Origin: a virus
Lineage: Duplodnaviria; Caudoviricetes
DNA: 64,000 bases
Virus record (IMG/VR): IMGVR_UViG_3300020190_000004
Direction: 5' to 3' (one strand)
In this document: positions 1 through 10,141 of the stretch, piece after piece
Position numbering within the stretch: position 1 is the stretch's first letter
Layout of the letters: each line of letters starts with the position of its first letter
Translations under genes and position numbers: made by a program
Notes under the pieces: model-generated
What the model was told of the DNA's origin: nothing
Seen by the model: only the letters and a program-made list of their open reading frames with translations
Databases searched by the model: none

Positions 1-1325
1 TCGCTACATTTAGAAATTACTTGCTGGGATATAGTTTCTTTGCTATACCCTTCAAACGCAGATATATTTATATTGATCACGTATCTTTTAACAACGGGAT
101 CAATGATCTTAACAACCGTAGTTAGAATCTTTTGTCCGCTTTGTTCAACGTAATCATAAATTTTTTGCTTTTCTTCATCTGATAGCAAAAAAAGAGAATA
201 AGGCACGGTGAAATAATCGCCATTCGTGGGCTTTCTCTTATTAACATCTGGTATCAAGAAAAGATAAACTACATTGTCATCTGTAATGTCATCGTCATCA
301 AGTGAGCTAAATGCATCTATAACACTAAAGATGTTAAACTTTTGTAAGAAATACACGTAAGAATCAGCGTTGGCTAACACATAAGAACGGCTAGTTTTTG
401 GAGCAAGAACTCGCGTTAAATAGATAGGTTCTGCGTCAGACCCAAACATTATAGATTTGTTAATCGAAATGTCAATCACTTCATCAATTTTTAGCGAGTT
501 ACCTAGCAAATCATAAACCGCTTCATCAAAAGCAAATTGCGCATCATCTTCTACTATATTCCCAGCGTTTCCAGCTGTAGTCAGATACTCAACCCTGATT
601 GATGAACCTATAGGCGGTGGAGCGCCAAAGAACCCGTTTCCAAAGTATAGGTCTAATCCTCCACTTATTCCGGTTTTTATTACTACGCCTTTAGCTTCGT
701 ACGGCATATCATAAACAGAATCATATTGTTTCCACTCTTCAGAATTTACATATACCTTAACAAAGAAGTTGTCGATTTGCGCATTCTTCTTAGGATTGAT
801 TGCGTATGATTGTAAAGGCAATCCAGTACCGGTTACAGTTTGAGCCTCAACAGAGCCTTGTGTAACCTTTACCTCTATAGTATTTTTACCAGTAAGATTC
901 ATTCTTATTTCTTCTACATCAGTAGTAATAGTATAAGAAAGACCCGTCGAATTATCTAACAATCGTGTGTAATTTGGTATGATAACCGTGTTGCCATAAA
1001 TATCAATAGGATTGCCGTTGTATGTAAGATTAATCGTACCTGTCGCAGCGACCGCCCTAGAAGGGTTATGTCCAGAAATACGCGCAAGACTGCGAATAGA
1101 TACATCGCGAGTAGCAGTAAATATGTTCATCTCAGTAATTCCATCTTCTACGTAATAAAAGATAAGTTTACCTAGATCTATCATTACACCTAAAAGTTGA
1201 CCATACGCACTTGCTGGGCTAAATACATCTCCTACTTGCGCAAAAGTTCTTACGAGATAATTTTGTGCATCAGCGGCTAATTCATCGTATCGTATTCTGT
1301 TGTACTTAAAGATTTCTAATGCCAT
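1..1325 (-). CDS. Baseplate wedge subunit, T4 gp6 / baseplate-J-like (partial, runs off left edge)
   Basis: Not in ORF track; manual translation from ATG 1325: MALEIFKYNRIRYDELAADAQNYLVRTFAQVGDVFSPASAYGQLLGVMIDLGKLIFYYVEDGITEMNIFTATRDVSIRSLARISGHNPSRAVAATGTI; in frame and stop-free in the segments checked (start and left edge); next to gp25-like gene. Confidence 0.8.
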   Translation of the reverse strand, partial: MALEIFKYNRIRYDELAADAQNYLVRTFAQVGDVFSPASAYGQLLGVMIDLGKLIFYYVEDGITEMNIFTATRDVSIRSLARISGHNPSRAVAATGTINLTYNGNPIDIYGNTVIIPNYTRLLDNSTGLSYTITTDVEEIRMNLTGKNTIEVKVTQGSVEAQTVTGTGLPLQSYAINPKKNAQIDNFFVKVYVNSEEWKQYDSVYDMPYEAKGVVIKTGISGGLDLYFGNGFFGAPPPIGSSIRVEYLTTAGNAGNIVEDDAQFAFDEAVYDLLGNSLKIDEVIDISINKSIMFGSDAEPIYLTRVLAPKTSRSYVLANADSYVYFLQKFNIFSVIDAFSSLDDDDITDDNVVYLFLIPDVNKRKPTNGDYFTVPYSLFLLSDEEKQKIYDYVEQSGQKILTTVVKIIDPVVKRYVININISAFEGYSKETISQQVISKCS

Positions 1326-1334
1326 TCCAATTCT

Positions 1335-1697
1335 TTATTTAGCTAGTACGCCAAGGTATTTCCTGCCGTCTATGTATATATCTATGTAAGCAATGTCTCT
1401 TACTGTCCCGGGCACAAAATTAACCTGCAGGTCTAAGTTATAGTACTGAGATTCGGGTACATACTTTGATACTTGGCCAAAAAAGTTTTGTTGTAGCTGA
1501 AATGCATTAAAGTTTAATTCGAATAGATGATATTCAAGATCTAACCCGATGTCAGGCATACCAAGTACTTCACCGCGATTAGTAAAAAGAATCATACGAA
1601 GTTTGGTTAAGAGAGCTTCTATAGGATTGTGCGTCTCTAGTTGCTTGTAATTGTACTGCGGGTCGTTTATATTTCGACAGTATATTTCCTTTAACAT
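1335..1697 (-). CDS. Baseplate wedge subunit, gp25-like
   Basis: 120 aa; LRMILFTNRGEVLGMPDIGLDLEYHLFE matches the gp25/GPW signature; between gp13- and gp6-like genes. Confidence 0.8.
   Translation of the reverse strand: MLKEIYCRNINDPQYNYKQLETHNPIEALLTKLRMILFTNRGEVLGMPDIGLDLEYHLFELNFNAFQLQQNFFGQVSKYVPESQYYNLDLQVNFVPGTVRDIAYIDIYIDGRKYLGVLAK
1374..1382 (-). promoter_or_regulatory. Late-type promoter motif GATATATAC inside the gp25-like gene, about 50 nt upstream of the gp6-like start
   Basis: Exact match to the motif found upstream of many structural genes; may be coincidental within coding sequence. Confidence 0.4.
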
Positions 1698-1698
1698 A

Positions 1699-2430
1699 TC
1701 AATGAAATATGTAGAACCAGTCTGGGCTGTTCTCTTCGTCTATTTTTGTTTTGAGCTGTTCAATTTCTTCTTTCCCTTCATCGGTCATTTTACTACCGTC
1801 TATAGTAATTCCACCGGGAAGATTAAATTGAAACATTCCAAGTATTCTTCCGAGCGATATTTTACCTTGCGCAGTTACATATCTTTGGAAAAACCAGTCA
1901 TCGTAAAGTTTGTTTTCTTGTATCTTAACGTAAGTATTTATGAAAAGATTCTTCCTTGGATCTCGACCTAAAATCTTTAAGCGATGTGTATTCAAGTTAA
2001 AGTCGTACCTTACTCTCTCAAGTATAAACGCTTTAGTAAGATCCCAATAAGAATACTGTGCAGTACGTAATACCAAATCATCAGAAGCAAATGGTGCAAG
2101 GTAAATTTCAGCAGCAAGAAGTCGGTTATCACTAAAGTCTCTATCAATCGTTCCTAATCTTCCACCGCCTGAGATTTCTCGGCACTCAAACACGCTGACT
2201 ACACAATCAGGGAGTAATATGCTACGAGTCTTTTTAAACTCAGGATCGCTAAACCATTGACGCTGTATTACATAATACTGTGTTTCTACAGCTGGCCCGT
2301 AATTAATATAGAACCAATTTAGAGCTTGGTCAACTATGCGTTCAGCTTCCCTTGCAGGAATGGAATAAGGAAGAGCACCACTTGCGGTGATTTCATTATT
2401 TATCAGTTCTATTAATTCTTCTCTAGTCAT
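1699..2430 (-). CDS. Neck/head-completion protein, T4 gp13-like
   Basis: C-terminal FQFNLPGGITIDGSKMTDEGKEEIEQLK resembles gp13 QLPGGVTIDG; N-terminal IVDQALNWF. Confidence 0.75.
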   Translation of the reverse strand: MTREELIELINNEITASGALPYSIPAREAERIVDQALNWFYINYGPAVETQYYVIQRQWFSDPEFKKTRSILLPDCVVSVFECREISGGGRLGTIDRDFSDNRLLAAEIYLAPFASDDLVLRTAQYSYWDLTKAFILERVRYDFNLNTHRLKILGRDPRKNLFINTYVKIQENKLYDDWFFQRYVTAQGKISLGRILGMFQFNLPGGITIDGSKMTDEGKEEIEQLKTKIDEENSPDWFYIFH

Positions 2431-2437
2431 ATAAAGA

Positions 2438-2782
2438 TTAATCTAATTCAGGTAAAAAACCAAGGCTATTCATGCAATCTTGATCAAAGTATGCGCGTTG
2501 ATTTTTGGGATATTCATGAGTAAAAACTACTTTCTCGTCTTCAATAATTTCCAAGATGTAATTACCTTCACCAGTAGTTCCTACTTTAATCACCCACTCA
2601 TTCCCGTTTCTTCTTTCGTCTGCATAGTAAACTTGAACAAAATCAAAACGATTATCATCGTCTTCATCGGTAAGCTCTTCATTAAACTCGAAAGTTACAC
2701 CACCTAATTGTAGTGATTTTTGAATCTTAAAGTCCAAGTGCCCTTCATTCAAAAAGTTCTCAAATGTTTTAATGTGTTTCAT
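2438..2782 (-). CDS. Small protein with CTS-like N-terminal tag (putative internal head protein)
   Basis: Starts MKHIKTFENFLNE. Confidence 0.65.
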   Translation of the reverse strand: MKHIKTFENFLNEGHLDFKIQKSLQLGGVTFEFNEELTDEDDDNRFDFVQVYYADERRNGNEWVIKVGTTGEGNYILEIIEDEKVVFTHEYPKNQRAYFDQDCMNSLGFLPELD

Positions 2783-2867
2783 ATTCAGCTTTCAGTTTTT
2801 TGAGAATAGCTTCATTTTTAAGAATTCTTTTTAAGTTCTTTGCCATAGTGCGCCGGTTGCGAGGCAT
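2769..2867 (-). CDS. Small basic peptide MPRNRRTMAKNLKRILKNEAILKKLKAEYETH (may extend to ATG 2904 by one frameshift)
   Basis: Manual translation; fills the intergenic gap and its end overlaps the next start. Confidence 0.3.
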   Translation of the reverse strand: MPRNRRTMAKNLKRILKNEAILKKLKAEYETH

Positions 2868-2909
2868 TCCCTGTTTTTCTTTTTTTGCTCTTGCCACTAC
2901 TCATAAGGG

Positions 2910-4334
2910 TTATTTTTTCTTGGATTCTTTATTCTTTTCTCTATTCTTTTCGTCTTGTGCAGCATCTTGAAATGTATTACCACCCGAATTCCCTGTTTCG
3001 ATTGGTTGACCTTCAACAATCATAGTTTCTTTGGAAATTTTTGCAAGTTTTCCAATTTCGCCGTTTCGAATAACACCGCGGTTAACTTGACAGTTAATGA
3101 TGTTTTTCTTGTTTTCTATAAAACAGTCATTAAGCTTATTATCAATATGAAGCTCGCATTCAGAAATTTTACTAAAATCAACGGTATTTCCTTTTACAAA
3201 ATTACCGTCTTGTATCCTTGAGTTCTTAATTTTACAATCATAAAACCATGCTCTATGAATAACACCTTCAAGTTCGCAGTTAATAAATTCCATGTCAGTT
3301 AACTTGCAGTTACGCAACTTGGTGTCCTTTAATTGAAAACGTCCAATTTCTTTGTCATAATTAAAGGCGCCTTTCTTCATCTTTCCTGTAATTATAAGAT
3401 CAAATAGTTTTTCTCGAATGTTAACCCACATAGATTCCAGTACTTGTGGGTCTGCGTTCATATCAACCCCAACTTCTATTCCAGGAAACGCTTTTTGGAA
3501 AACTTCGTATTTAACAAAAGATTTATACACCTTTTCGTCAATGGCCGTCATTTTTTTAAAGTCCGCCTTTTCTTTGTCAGTAAATCCTTCAAAGTTTAAC
3601 GTATCATATAAATGAAGAATAAAGTAATCGACCAAGTCAAGAATTTTCTTTGTCGTCTTTTCATAATCTTTACCACCAAGGTAACGATATTCCAGATAAC
3701 CCTTTTCCGCCTTCAAGAAGTTAACTCCATAGTACTTTTCGTCAGCTGGAAGAGTTAGGGTGGCGCGACTAAATTCTTCTAATGTAGGAGAATAAAAAAG
3801 TACTCTGTTAGGTCTTAGAGACTTAATACTTCTAGCATAAACACTCCCTTCTCTTTTAGGAAAGATGTCATATATCTTTTTCTCATCAAAAGATAAGATA
3901 AACTTAGGTATGTTGATGTTAGGAATAGTAAAACGGGTAGGGACCGCATTTTCATCAATACTAATGTTTACGTGTATAGAACACCTTTCGTTAGTATAGC
4001 CATTACTGCTGATCCATTCAAAGACTTTAATTAAGACGTTGCGAGCATCTTTGTATTTCATCGGTCCAGTGACTAACTCACACATACTCTTACCACCTGA
4101 ATAATCAGGTTCTAGTTTAAATATGTCAGCAGTAGGAGCTACTGGAGAGTGATAAAGAGGCTTAGGTTCTGTTATAGAACTTAATGCAAGAGGCACTACT
4201 ACCCTTCTTTTTACAAATTTTGCGATGTCTTTAGCGGTTTCAAACACATCCATCGAGCTGTAAAACTCAAACTCGAATCCGCAACGGGCGCTGTCAAGAA
4301 CCTCAGTCTTAGTGTAATTCTTTTTAACCTTCAT
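2910..4334 (-). CDS. Putative amidoligase (COOH-NH2 ligase, Amidoligase_2-like) with C-terminal beta-helix-like repeats
   Basis: Motifs GFEFEF, ELVTGP, CSIHVNIS, KYYGVNF, EYRYLGG; likely start MKVKK at 4334. Confidence 0.7.
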   Translation of the reverse strand: MKVKKNYTKTEVLDSARCGFEFEFYSSMDVFETAKDIAKFVKRRVVVPLALSSITEPKPLYHSPVAPTADIFKLEPDYSGGKSMCELVTGPMKYKDARNVLIKVFEWISSNGYTNERCSIHVNISIDENAVPTRFTIPNINIPKFILSFDEKKIYDIFPKREGSVYARSIKSLRPNRVLFYSPTLEEFSRATLTLPADEKYYGVNFLKAEKGYLEYRYLGGKDYEKTTKKILDLVDYFILHLYDTLNFEGFTDKEKADFKKMTAIDEKVYKSFVKYEVFQKAFPGIEVGVDMNADPQVLESMWVNIREKLFDLIITGKMKKGAFNYDKEIGRFQLKDTKLRNCKLTDMEFINCELEGVIHRAWFYDCKIKNSRIQDGNFVKGNTVDFSKISECELHIDNKLNDCFIENKKNIINCQVNRGVIRNGEIGKLAKISKETMIVEGQPIETGNSGGNTFQDAAQDEKNREKNKESKKK

Positions 4335-5520
4335 TTGGCAATGATAAGAAAATTTTGTCGTTGTGAACTCTATCAATCGAGACCATTACTGTGTCTCCAA
4401 CCGTAAAGTTCTTTTTCTTTGTTTTGATTTCTTTTTGAGAAATCATTCCGCAGATATCTTTTTGTAACTTAACCAATGTACCAAACGGCTGAATTGAAAT
4501 AACTTCACCACCCCGAATAGTTCCAAGATTTTTTTCTTTAAACTCTTCAAGTTCTAATCTTTTAGCCGTGGGATCTTCATCTGTAAGAATAATTTTCTTG
4601 TCAGGTGTGATCTCTTTGATCCAAAAAGTTAATTCATTTCCAGCCGTGATCTCACGGTCAGTAAACTTCTTCTTCATCTCTGGAGTCATTTTGCTTGTGT
4701 GCAATAGACCCGTGAATATCTCATCAAACTCAACGAATACACCGTACTTTGCAACTCCAGTAACGCTTCCGGTATACATTTTGTCGGTCTCTAACTCACT
4801 AATTTTGCTAGGCAATATCATACTCACATATTTCTTATACGAGAATACAAATGTATTACTTTCGCGTAAATAATCTTCTACAACGACAGGAATCTCTCTT
4901 CCTATCATACTGTCAAAATCTCTTACGATATTTGTAGCAGCGAGTGACCCTGGCAAAAATCCTTTGATACCCGCAACAAATATGATAAAACCGCCTCCAT
5001 TCTTTTCAAGAATCTTACCAATGTAAGCCGATGTTGGTTTAGCAATTTGCTTGACAAATTCACTTTTAATCTTTTCTTCCATCCCTCTTGAAATTGAAAC
5101 TTTAACGTAAGGTTCAACTTGCTCAACGGTGGCTTGTATTTCCTGGTTTAAGAAGTAGTTTTGCCCTTCTTCGGTACTCAAATACTCTGAAAAACCTTCA
5201 GAATCCATGTTAATTGTGTTTAAGTAGCCTTTTTCTCTTTTAAGATCTACTATCCCATCAATCAGCCCGCCTAGTATTACATGCACCTCATTCTTATTAG
5301 CTGCTCTAACAGCAATGATTCTCCTTGTCTCACCTTCTCTAAGTTCTTTACTTAAGATTTCTTGTCCAAGAATCATTTTCTCATAAAGATCTAGTGCGTA
5401 TGGTTCTAAGCAGTAATTCTTAGCACCATACTTTGCTAAGATTTCAGGATTAGGTTTTCTGCGTTTACCAGATTCGAGTCTGTCCCAATCAATTTCTTGT
5501 TTGTTTTTTTGTGTATTCAT
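4324..5520 (-). CDS. rpsA: Ribosomal protein S1 homolog (multiple S1 domains)
   Basis: S1 repeats GGFIIFVAGIKGFLPGS, GSVTGVAKYGVFVEFDEIFTGLLHTSKM, GEVISIQPFGTLVKLQKDICGMI. Confidence 0.8.
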   Translation of the reverse strand: MNTQKNKQEIDWDRLESGKRRKPNPEILAKYGAKNYCLEPYALDLYEKMILGQEILSKELREGETRRIIAVRAANKNEVHVILGGLIDGIVDLKREKGYLNTINMDSEGFSEYLSTEEGQNYFLNQEIQATVEQVEPYVKVSISRGMEEKIKSEFVKQIAKPTSAYIGKILEKNGGGFIIFVAGIKGFLPGSLAATNIVRDFDSMIGREIPVVVEDYLRESNTFVFSYKKYVSMILPSKISELETDKMYTGSVTGVAKYGVFVEFDEIFTGLLHTSKMTPEMKKKFTDREITAGNELTFWIKEITPDKKIILTDEDPTAKRLELEEFKEKNLGTIRGGEVISIQPFGTLVKLQKDICGMISQKEIKTKKKNFTVGDTVMVSIDRVHNDKIFLSLPNEG

Positions 5521-5534
5521 TATTTTAGATTTTT

Positions 5535-5543
5535 GTATATATC
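5535..5543 (-). promoter_or_regulatory. Late-type promoter GATATATAC upstream of the rpS1 homolog
   Basis: Exact motif 15 nt upstream of ATG in a short intergenic gap. Confidence 0.65.
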
Positions 5544-5554
5544 ATACAAGTTCT

Positions 5555-8500
5555 TTACGCAAAGTATGGTGCCACATAGCTATTTCCTAACAAAGCGTTC
5601 CTTTGTGCTGTGGCGACAAGCTGGTCAAGCCAGATGATGAATGGAAAGTTTTTTGTCGAAAGCCCTTCCCATGCAGGTAAGACTTCTTTTGGTTTCGATG
5701 GATGAATTTTTGTAAGCGCAATTCGAGTTGCTGGAAAAGCACACCCAAGAAGTATTACAGGAAAAGGTATGTTTTCGCTTGTAAACGAAGCAGCACCTTT
5801 TATGATAGGATCTACATAATCTTTTATTAACTTGGGGTTAAGTTCAAAAAATGGCCCTTCTGGTTTAGGAGGATCAGGTGTAACGAATTGAGATATGATT
5901 GATAAAAATGGAGATTTAAGATTAGAAGCAGCGTCTATAAGTGTACCTAAAACATCCAGCGCTGGAAATGCTATCGTCTCTAGCAAAGAAAACAAAAATG
6001 CTTTTATGTCCGGTCCTGATATTTGTTCAAGACTCACGCTAAACAATAGCTTTATGATATTCAAAATAACGGCAATCTTTGATGCAACAGCAGAAGTACC
6101 TAAGTTTTTGCATATTTGATTTATGTAACAGTTCGCAAACTCGTTAAAAGAAGATAAGAAATCTTTTAACGCCTTTTTTATGATAAAAAGAATTTTTGTC
6201 CCAGGGATTTCTATTTGTATAGGAAGACCAACTTTAGGCAATCTTACGGTAAATGATGCGATGAAGTTTTTTAAAGCTATCTTAATCTCTTTAAGAAGAG
6301 AAACACTTATATCGATAGGGATAACAAGAGGGGGTATTAAGTCCAAAAACAAGTTAATTCCAAGCTGAAATAATTCTTCAGCAGAAGGCAGCTGAACAGC
6401 AAAGTCAATAATTTTACTAAGTGCTTTTAGTATCAAGTCATCATTAAGACCCAGAATAATGTTGGGTATATTCTTAATTGCTTCCAAAGCAAGAGATATT
6501 CCAGGGTTAAGAGGGGGGATTGAAACGTTAGTATAACACGGCTCGGGCAAAGATACCAAGATATCTGCAGATGAAACAAAACCCAATTTCTCAGGGGTTA
6601 TATCTTTAATTGCATCTTCTATCTGCTTCTTTAAAAGATCTTTAACTAAATCTAATCTCTTCTTAGCCGCTTCTTCAGGACTTCCTAAATCTACTTCAGC
6701 TTCAAGTGCGTCAATCTTTGTGTCGAACTCAGAAAAGATTTCTATCGATGCAGCATACGATGTATTGGCTCTAACCAGTTCCTTTAATTTAGCAGTAACA
6801 TCAAAAGGGTTGTTTATACTTAATCCTATTTCTTTAAGAAGCTTCTTTGCTTTATCCGGAGCTGTCTTAAGAATACTCAACAAAGAATTAATAGTGTCAA
6901 GCATAGCAATCGCACTGGGAAGCTCCATCATCATGCCCTTTGAGTCACGCGGTATTTTTATTCCTGGTACATCAAGTCCATCCAAACTTGCAATTAAAAG
7001 CTCTATAATAGTTTTTAGTGACAACTTAATTGCTTCTACATTATCGCAGTTAGTAAACTTTAAAGCATTCTTAATTAAGTCTTTCATCCGCAAAGCAGTG
7101 GGGGAAAATCCTCCAAAGACAGGTGGGTCAGGTATAACTAGTTCATCTACAGATTTCTTAATCTTACCTTTTATGCTATCAATGACAGTTTTCGATGAAT
7201 CTGGTTTGTTTACATCAAGTCTTGTGGATCCTGTAAATAGGTTACCCGGAAATTGTGTAAGATTAATTTTTAATGTAGTATCAAGACCTGGTAATAACTC
7301 AAGAAGACTTTTTTCGTCAAACTCGGTAATTCCCAAAGAAGGATCCGGAATCTTACTAGGTCCTGTGAGAGTAACAGCAAAAATAGTTTGTTGCTTTTCA
7401 TCAATGAACATTACATAGACATTAGGAATGATCCCCCCTGCTGCGCCAATCCAAAACACAAAAGTACCAACTGATGTATGCAAAGTTAAGAGATGAACCC
7501 ACAAGAATGGCAGGGGAATGCTTATGACAGGGTCGGGTATTCCAAGTGCAAGTGAAGGGATAGGGGCCGGAACGGGTATCTGTAAAGCTACTGGGTAATA
7601 TCTAAATAATCTTTTATTTAAGAACATCAAGTCAGGTATCGGCATAAGACTTACTATCTGCATAATCTTGGTATATTCACGCCAATAACAATTCTTTTTG
7701 TAATCGGGGCAGCCATTGGATCCTTTAAGACCCAGAGGATCACTTCCTAAAAGATCTTTGCATTTCTTTTCAGTACCAGGTGAACTATCACCGCCTCCTG
7801 CCTTTTCTGCACATGCAGTAATAGCTTTTTTCTGCTCTTCTATACAAGTATTGCATTCTTCTATCGTCTTAACGAAAAAGTTTAGCTCTTTTTGTAATTT
7901 ATTAAGAAATCTGTTTGAAATGTCTAATTCATTTATAAACTTGTCAGGATTAAAAGATTCAAAATTTGATACGCTAATACTAGAAAAATCGGTAGAACTT
8001 ATCATATCATAAAAAGATAGCTTTGCTTCTAACCTTGCATAAAACCTAATTTTTTTTATGTAAGGCTTGGCATCAGAGCTAGTAAGTATTTGATTCGCTA
8101 AAGAGTTTATTTTACCTCTCGTAAGTTCTTCTAAATTTTCAATAAATGGAATAGCAATCGCTAGATCTACGTTGCAATTCTTTACAGAAGTTGGTACTTC
8201 TTGAACTATGGTAGAACCGTCGCCTGACTTGATTTCTACTGTAGACTTTGCACCTAAAGCATTTCCCTGATCATCATATTGTGGTTTAGGTCCTGTGTAT
8301 CCTTGTTCTTTCCATGTAAACAGGTCATCTATACGGTTAGGAGAATAGTATTTTCTCCAAAGTCCGTTTTCTAAAAAACCAGTCCTTGGTAGTCCCTCTC
8401 CTGGTACAAATGTATAGTTATCAACTTTAAGATAACCGTCAAAAATTGTGTCTTGCGCGCCATTTAAAGATTGCGCTAGCAAAAAGTCTAGCCTGCCTTT

Positions 8501-10141
8501 AATTTCGGGATTTGTAACAATCAGTTCAAGTGACTTGCCGTTATCTTTAAATCCTGTAAGATTAGATAAAGCATTTGTAGTTCTTTTTACTTTTTTTCGA
8601 GCCTTTTCTACATAATCTTCAAAATCATATGTATTAAATTCTGCAATGTCAAATTCATCTTTTATTTCAGCTTCAAGGCCAGCATTAAAGTTGTCTACGG
8701 AACTCTGAAAATCTTCTTGTAAAGAAATTAATGATTGATCCAAATCATTTTTTTGTGCATTCAAATTTTCTGTTTCTACGGCGGATAAATTAGTTGATAA
8801 CAGCTTTGCGGTAACATCCGCTAGCTGAGATTCTATAGACGACTTCTCTTTTGCTATCGCAATAAACGGCGGATTCAATAAGTTATTTGTGGTAGCTCTT
8901 TCTGATACATACTTGTGATTCAAGTCGTGTAAAAGAGCCACTTCTTTAAACGCATAGTATCTGTTTATAGCATTAACTTTTTTCTTACCACACTCATTCA
9001 TAATGTCTTGCGCTTTCTTTATACAAGCCATCATGTTTTTTATTTTATTTAGTTCATCTTCAGGATTAGGTAAACTTAAACCGTTGATTAAATCCTCTAC
9101 TTCTTTTATGTTTGCAAGAGGTATCTCTGGTTCAATGGGAACAACACAAGGTATCGCTTCTTCTACTTCATCAGTAGAAAATTTCTTGGTTTTTGAAGGT
9201 CTCTTTCCACACAAGTCCATTTTACCAACTTCTTTAAGATCTTTAACCAACGAATTGCCAACTTTTTTGTTTAAGTTTTTCTTAATCGCTTTAGCCGCTT
9301 TTAGATTGTCTTTATAGATTTTTTCTGCAATATCACCAAGGTTTTCTTCTATGTATAGATTAATTCCCTCCCTTTCCAATATCTCAAAAAACATATCTGC
9401 GTTAGTAGCTGCTAAAAGTTCTGTTAGAATAGCAATATCTTTAACCTCCTTTTTTGCTATTTCTTTTAATTCCTCTAACGACTTTCCAACAGAAGGCGTT
9501 AGTAGAGATTTTATCTTATCATTTTTAAGAGCATCAAGAGCTTTCTTAGGAGTACTGAAGTTTGTGTCGATAGCTGGCCCCCATGAAACTTCTTTTGTAG
9601 ATATTGCAAAACGCAAGTTTATTGAAACCGGTCCCATATTGATAGACTTGTTCAGCGTGATAGCCGGAACAGTCAGAGAAATCTTGACATCTTTCATTTT
9701 ACTAGTGTCAAGACCGGGAAGTACTTTACTTACATCAATCGTAGGATTGTCAGATAGATTATTTACTGAATTAGCAGCGGCTTGTATTTTTGAAGTATCT
9801 AAGGAAGCAAAGTCAATCGAAAAAACTTCTTTGGTTAAACTTACAATATCACTAATAGCACCACTCAAAGCTGAATTGATTGCTTCTAATAACTTTAAAA
9901 TGCGATCTTTGTCATTAGGGTTTTCTACTGCGGGCAGTGCTTTCTTTGCGAATGCCTTAATACAGTTATCTGCGTCATCTTGCGCACTGCCGTTAGCACT
10001 GCCGTTAGCACTGCCGTTAGCACTGCCGTTAGCATTCTTACCTGCGTTGGGGTCAAGAAGAGAACTTATTTCATTTAATACACTTTTGGCATCATCAGAT
10101 AGTTCATCGCAGCAGTCGCACCCTTTTTTTAATTCATCCAT
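5555..10141 (-). CDS. Large 1528-aa orphan, probably virion/baseplate associated
   Basis: Long uninterrupted ORF; start overlaps the gp5-like stop (TAATG); coiled-coil, Cys-cluster and Pro-rich hydrophobic segments. Confidence 0.55.
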   Translation of the reverse strand: MDELKKGCDCCDELSDDAKSVLNEISSLLDPNAGKNANGSANGSANGSANGSAQDDADNCIKAFAKKALPAVENPNDKDRILKLLEAINSALSGAISDIVSLTKEVFSIDFASLDTSKIQAAANSVNNLSDNPTIDVSKVLPGLDTSKMKDVKISLTVPAITLNKSINMGPVSINLRFAISTKEVSWGPAIDTNFSTPKKALDALKNDKIKSLLTPSVGKSLEELKEIAKKEVKDIAILTELLAATNADMFFEILEREGINLYIEENLGDIAEKIYKDNLKAAKAIKKNLNKKVGNSLVKDLKEVGKMDLCGKRPSKTKKFSTDEVEEAIPCVVPIEPEIPLANIKEVEDLINGLSLPNPEDELNKIKNMMACIKKAQDIMNECGKKKVNAINRYYAFKEVALLHDLNHKYVSERATTNNLLNPPFIAIAKEKSSIESQLADVTAKLLSTNLSAVETENLNAQKNDLDQSLISLQEDFQSSVDNFNAGLEAEIKDEFDIAEFNTYDFEDYVEKARKKVKRTTNALSNLTGFKDNGKSLELIVTNPEIKGRLDFLLAQSLNGAQDTIFDGYLKVDNYTFVPGEGLPRTGFLENGLWRKYYSPNRIDDLFTWKEQGYTGPKPQYDDQGNALGAKSTVEIKSGDGSTIVQEVPTSVKNCNVDLAIAIPFIENLEELTRGKINSLANQILTSSDAKPYIKKIRFYARLEAKLSFYDMISSTDFSSISVSNFESFNPDKFINELDISNRFLNKLQKELNFFVKTIEECNTCIEEQKKAITACAEKAGGGDSSPGTEKKCKDLLGSDPLGLKGSNGCPDYKKNCYWREYTKIMQIVSLMPIPDLMFLNKRLFRYYPVALQIPVPAPIPSLALGIPDPVISIPLPFLWVHLLTLHTSVGTFVFWIGAAGGIIPNVYVMFIDEKQQTIFAVTLTGPSKIPDPSLGITEFDEKSLLELLPGLDTTLKINLTQFPGNLFTGSTRLDVNKPDSSKTVIDSIKGKIKKSVDELVIPDPPVFGGFSPTALRMKDLIKNALKFTNCDNVEAIKLSLKTIIELLIASLDGLDVPGIKIPRDSKGMMMELPSAIAMLDTINSLLSILKTAPDKAKKLLKEIGLSINNPFDVTAKLKELVRANTSYAASIEIFSEFDTKIDALEAEVDLGSPEEAAKKRLDLVKDLLKKQIEDAIKDITPEKLGFVSSADILVSLPEPCYTNVSIPPLNPGISLALEAIKNIPNIILGLNDDLILKALSKIIDFAVQLPSAEELFQLGINLFLDLIPPLVIPIDISVSLLKEIKIALKNFIASFTVRLPKVGLPIQIEIPGTKILFIIKKALKDFLSSFNEFANCYINQICKNLGTSAVASKIAVILNIIKLLFSVSLEQISGPDIKAFLFSLLETIAFPALDVLGTLIDAASNLKSPFLSIISQFVTPDPPKPEGPFFELNPKLIKDYVDPIIKGAASFTSENIPFPVILLGCAFPATRIALTKIHPSKPKEVLPAWEGLSTKNFPFIIWLDQLVATAQRNALLGNSYVAPYFA
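9984..10031 (-). repeat. Four perfect copies of a 12-nt unit (gcactgccgtta) encoding (NGSA)4
   Basis: Seen directly. Confidence 0.95.

Noticed and set aside
5555-10141. Tape-measure protein assignment
   Set aside because: Lacks the typical long Ala/Gly-rich periodic helix and sits after the spike rather than the tail tube; left as an orphan.
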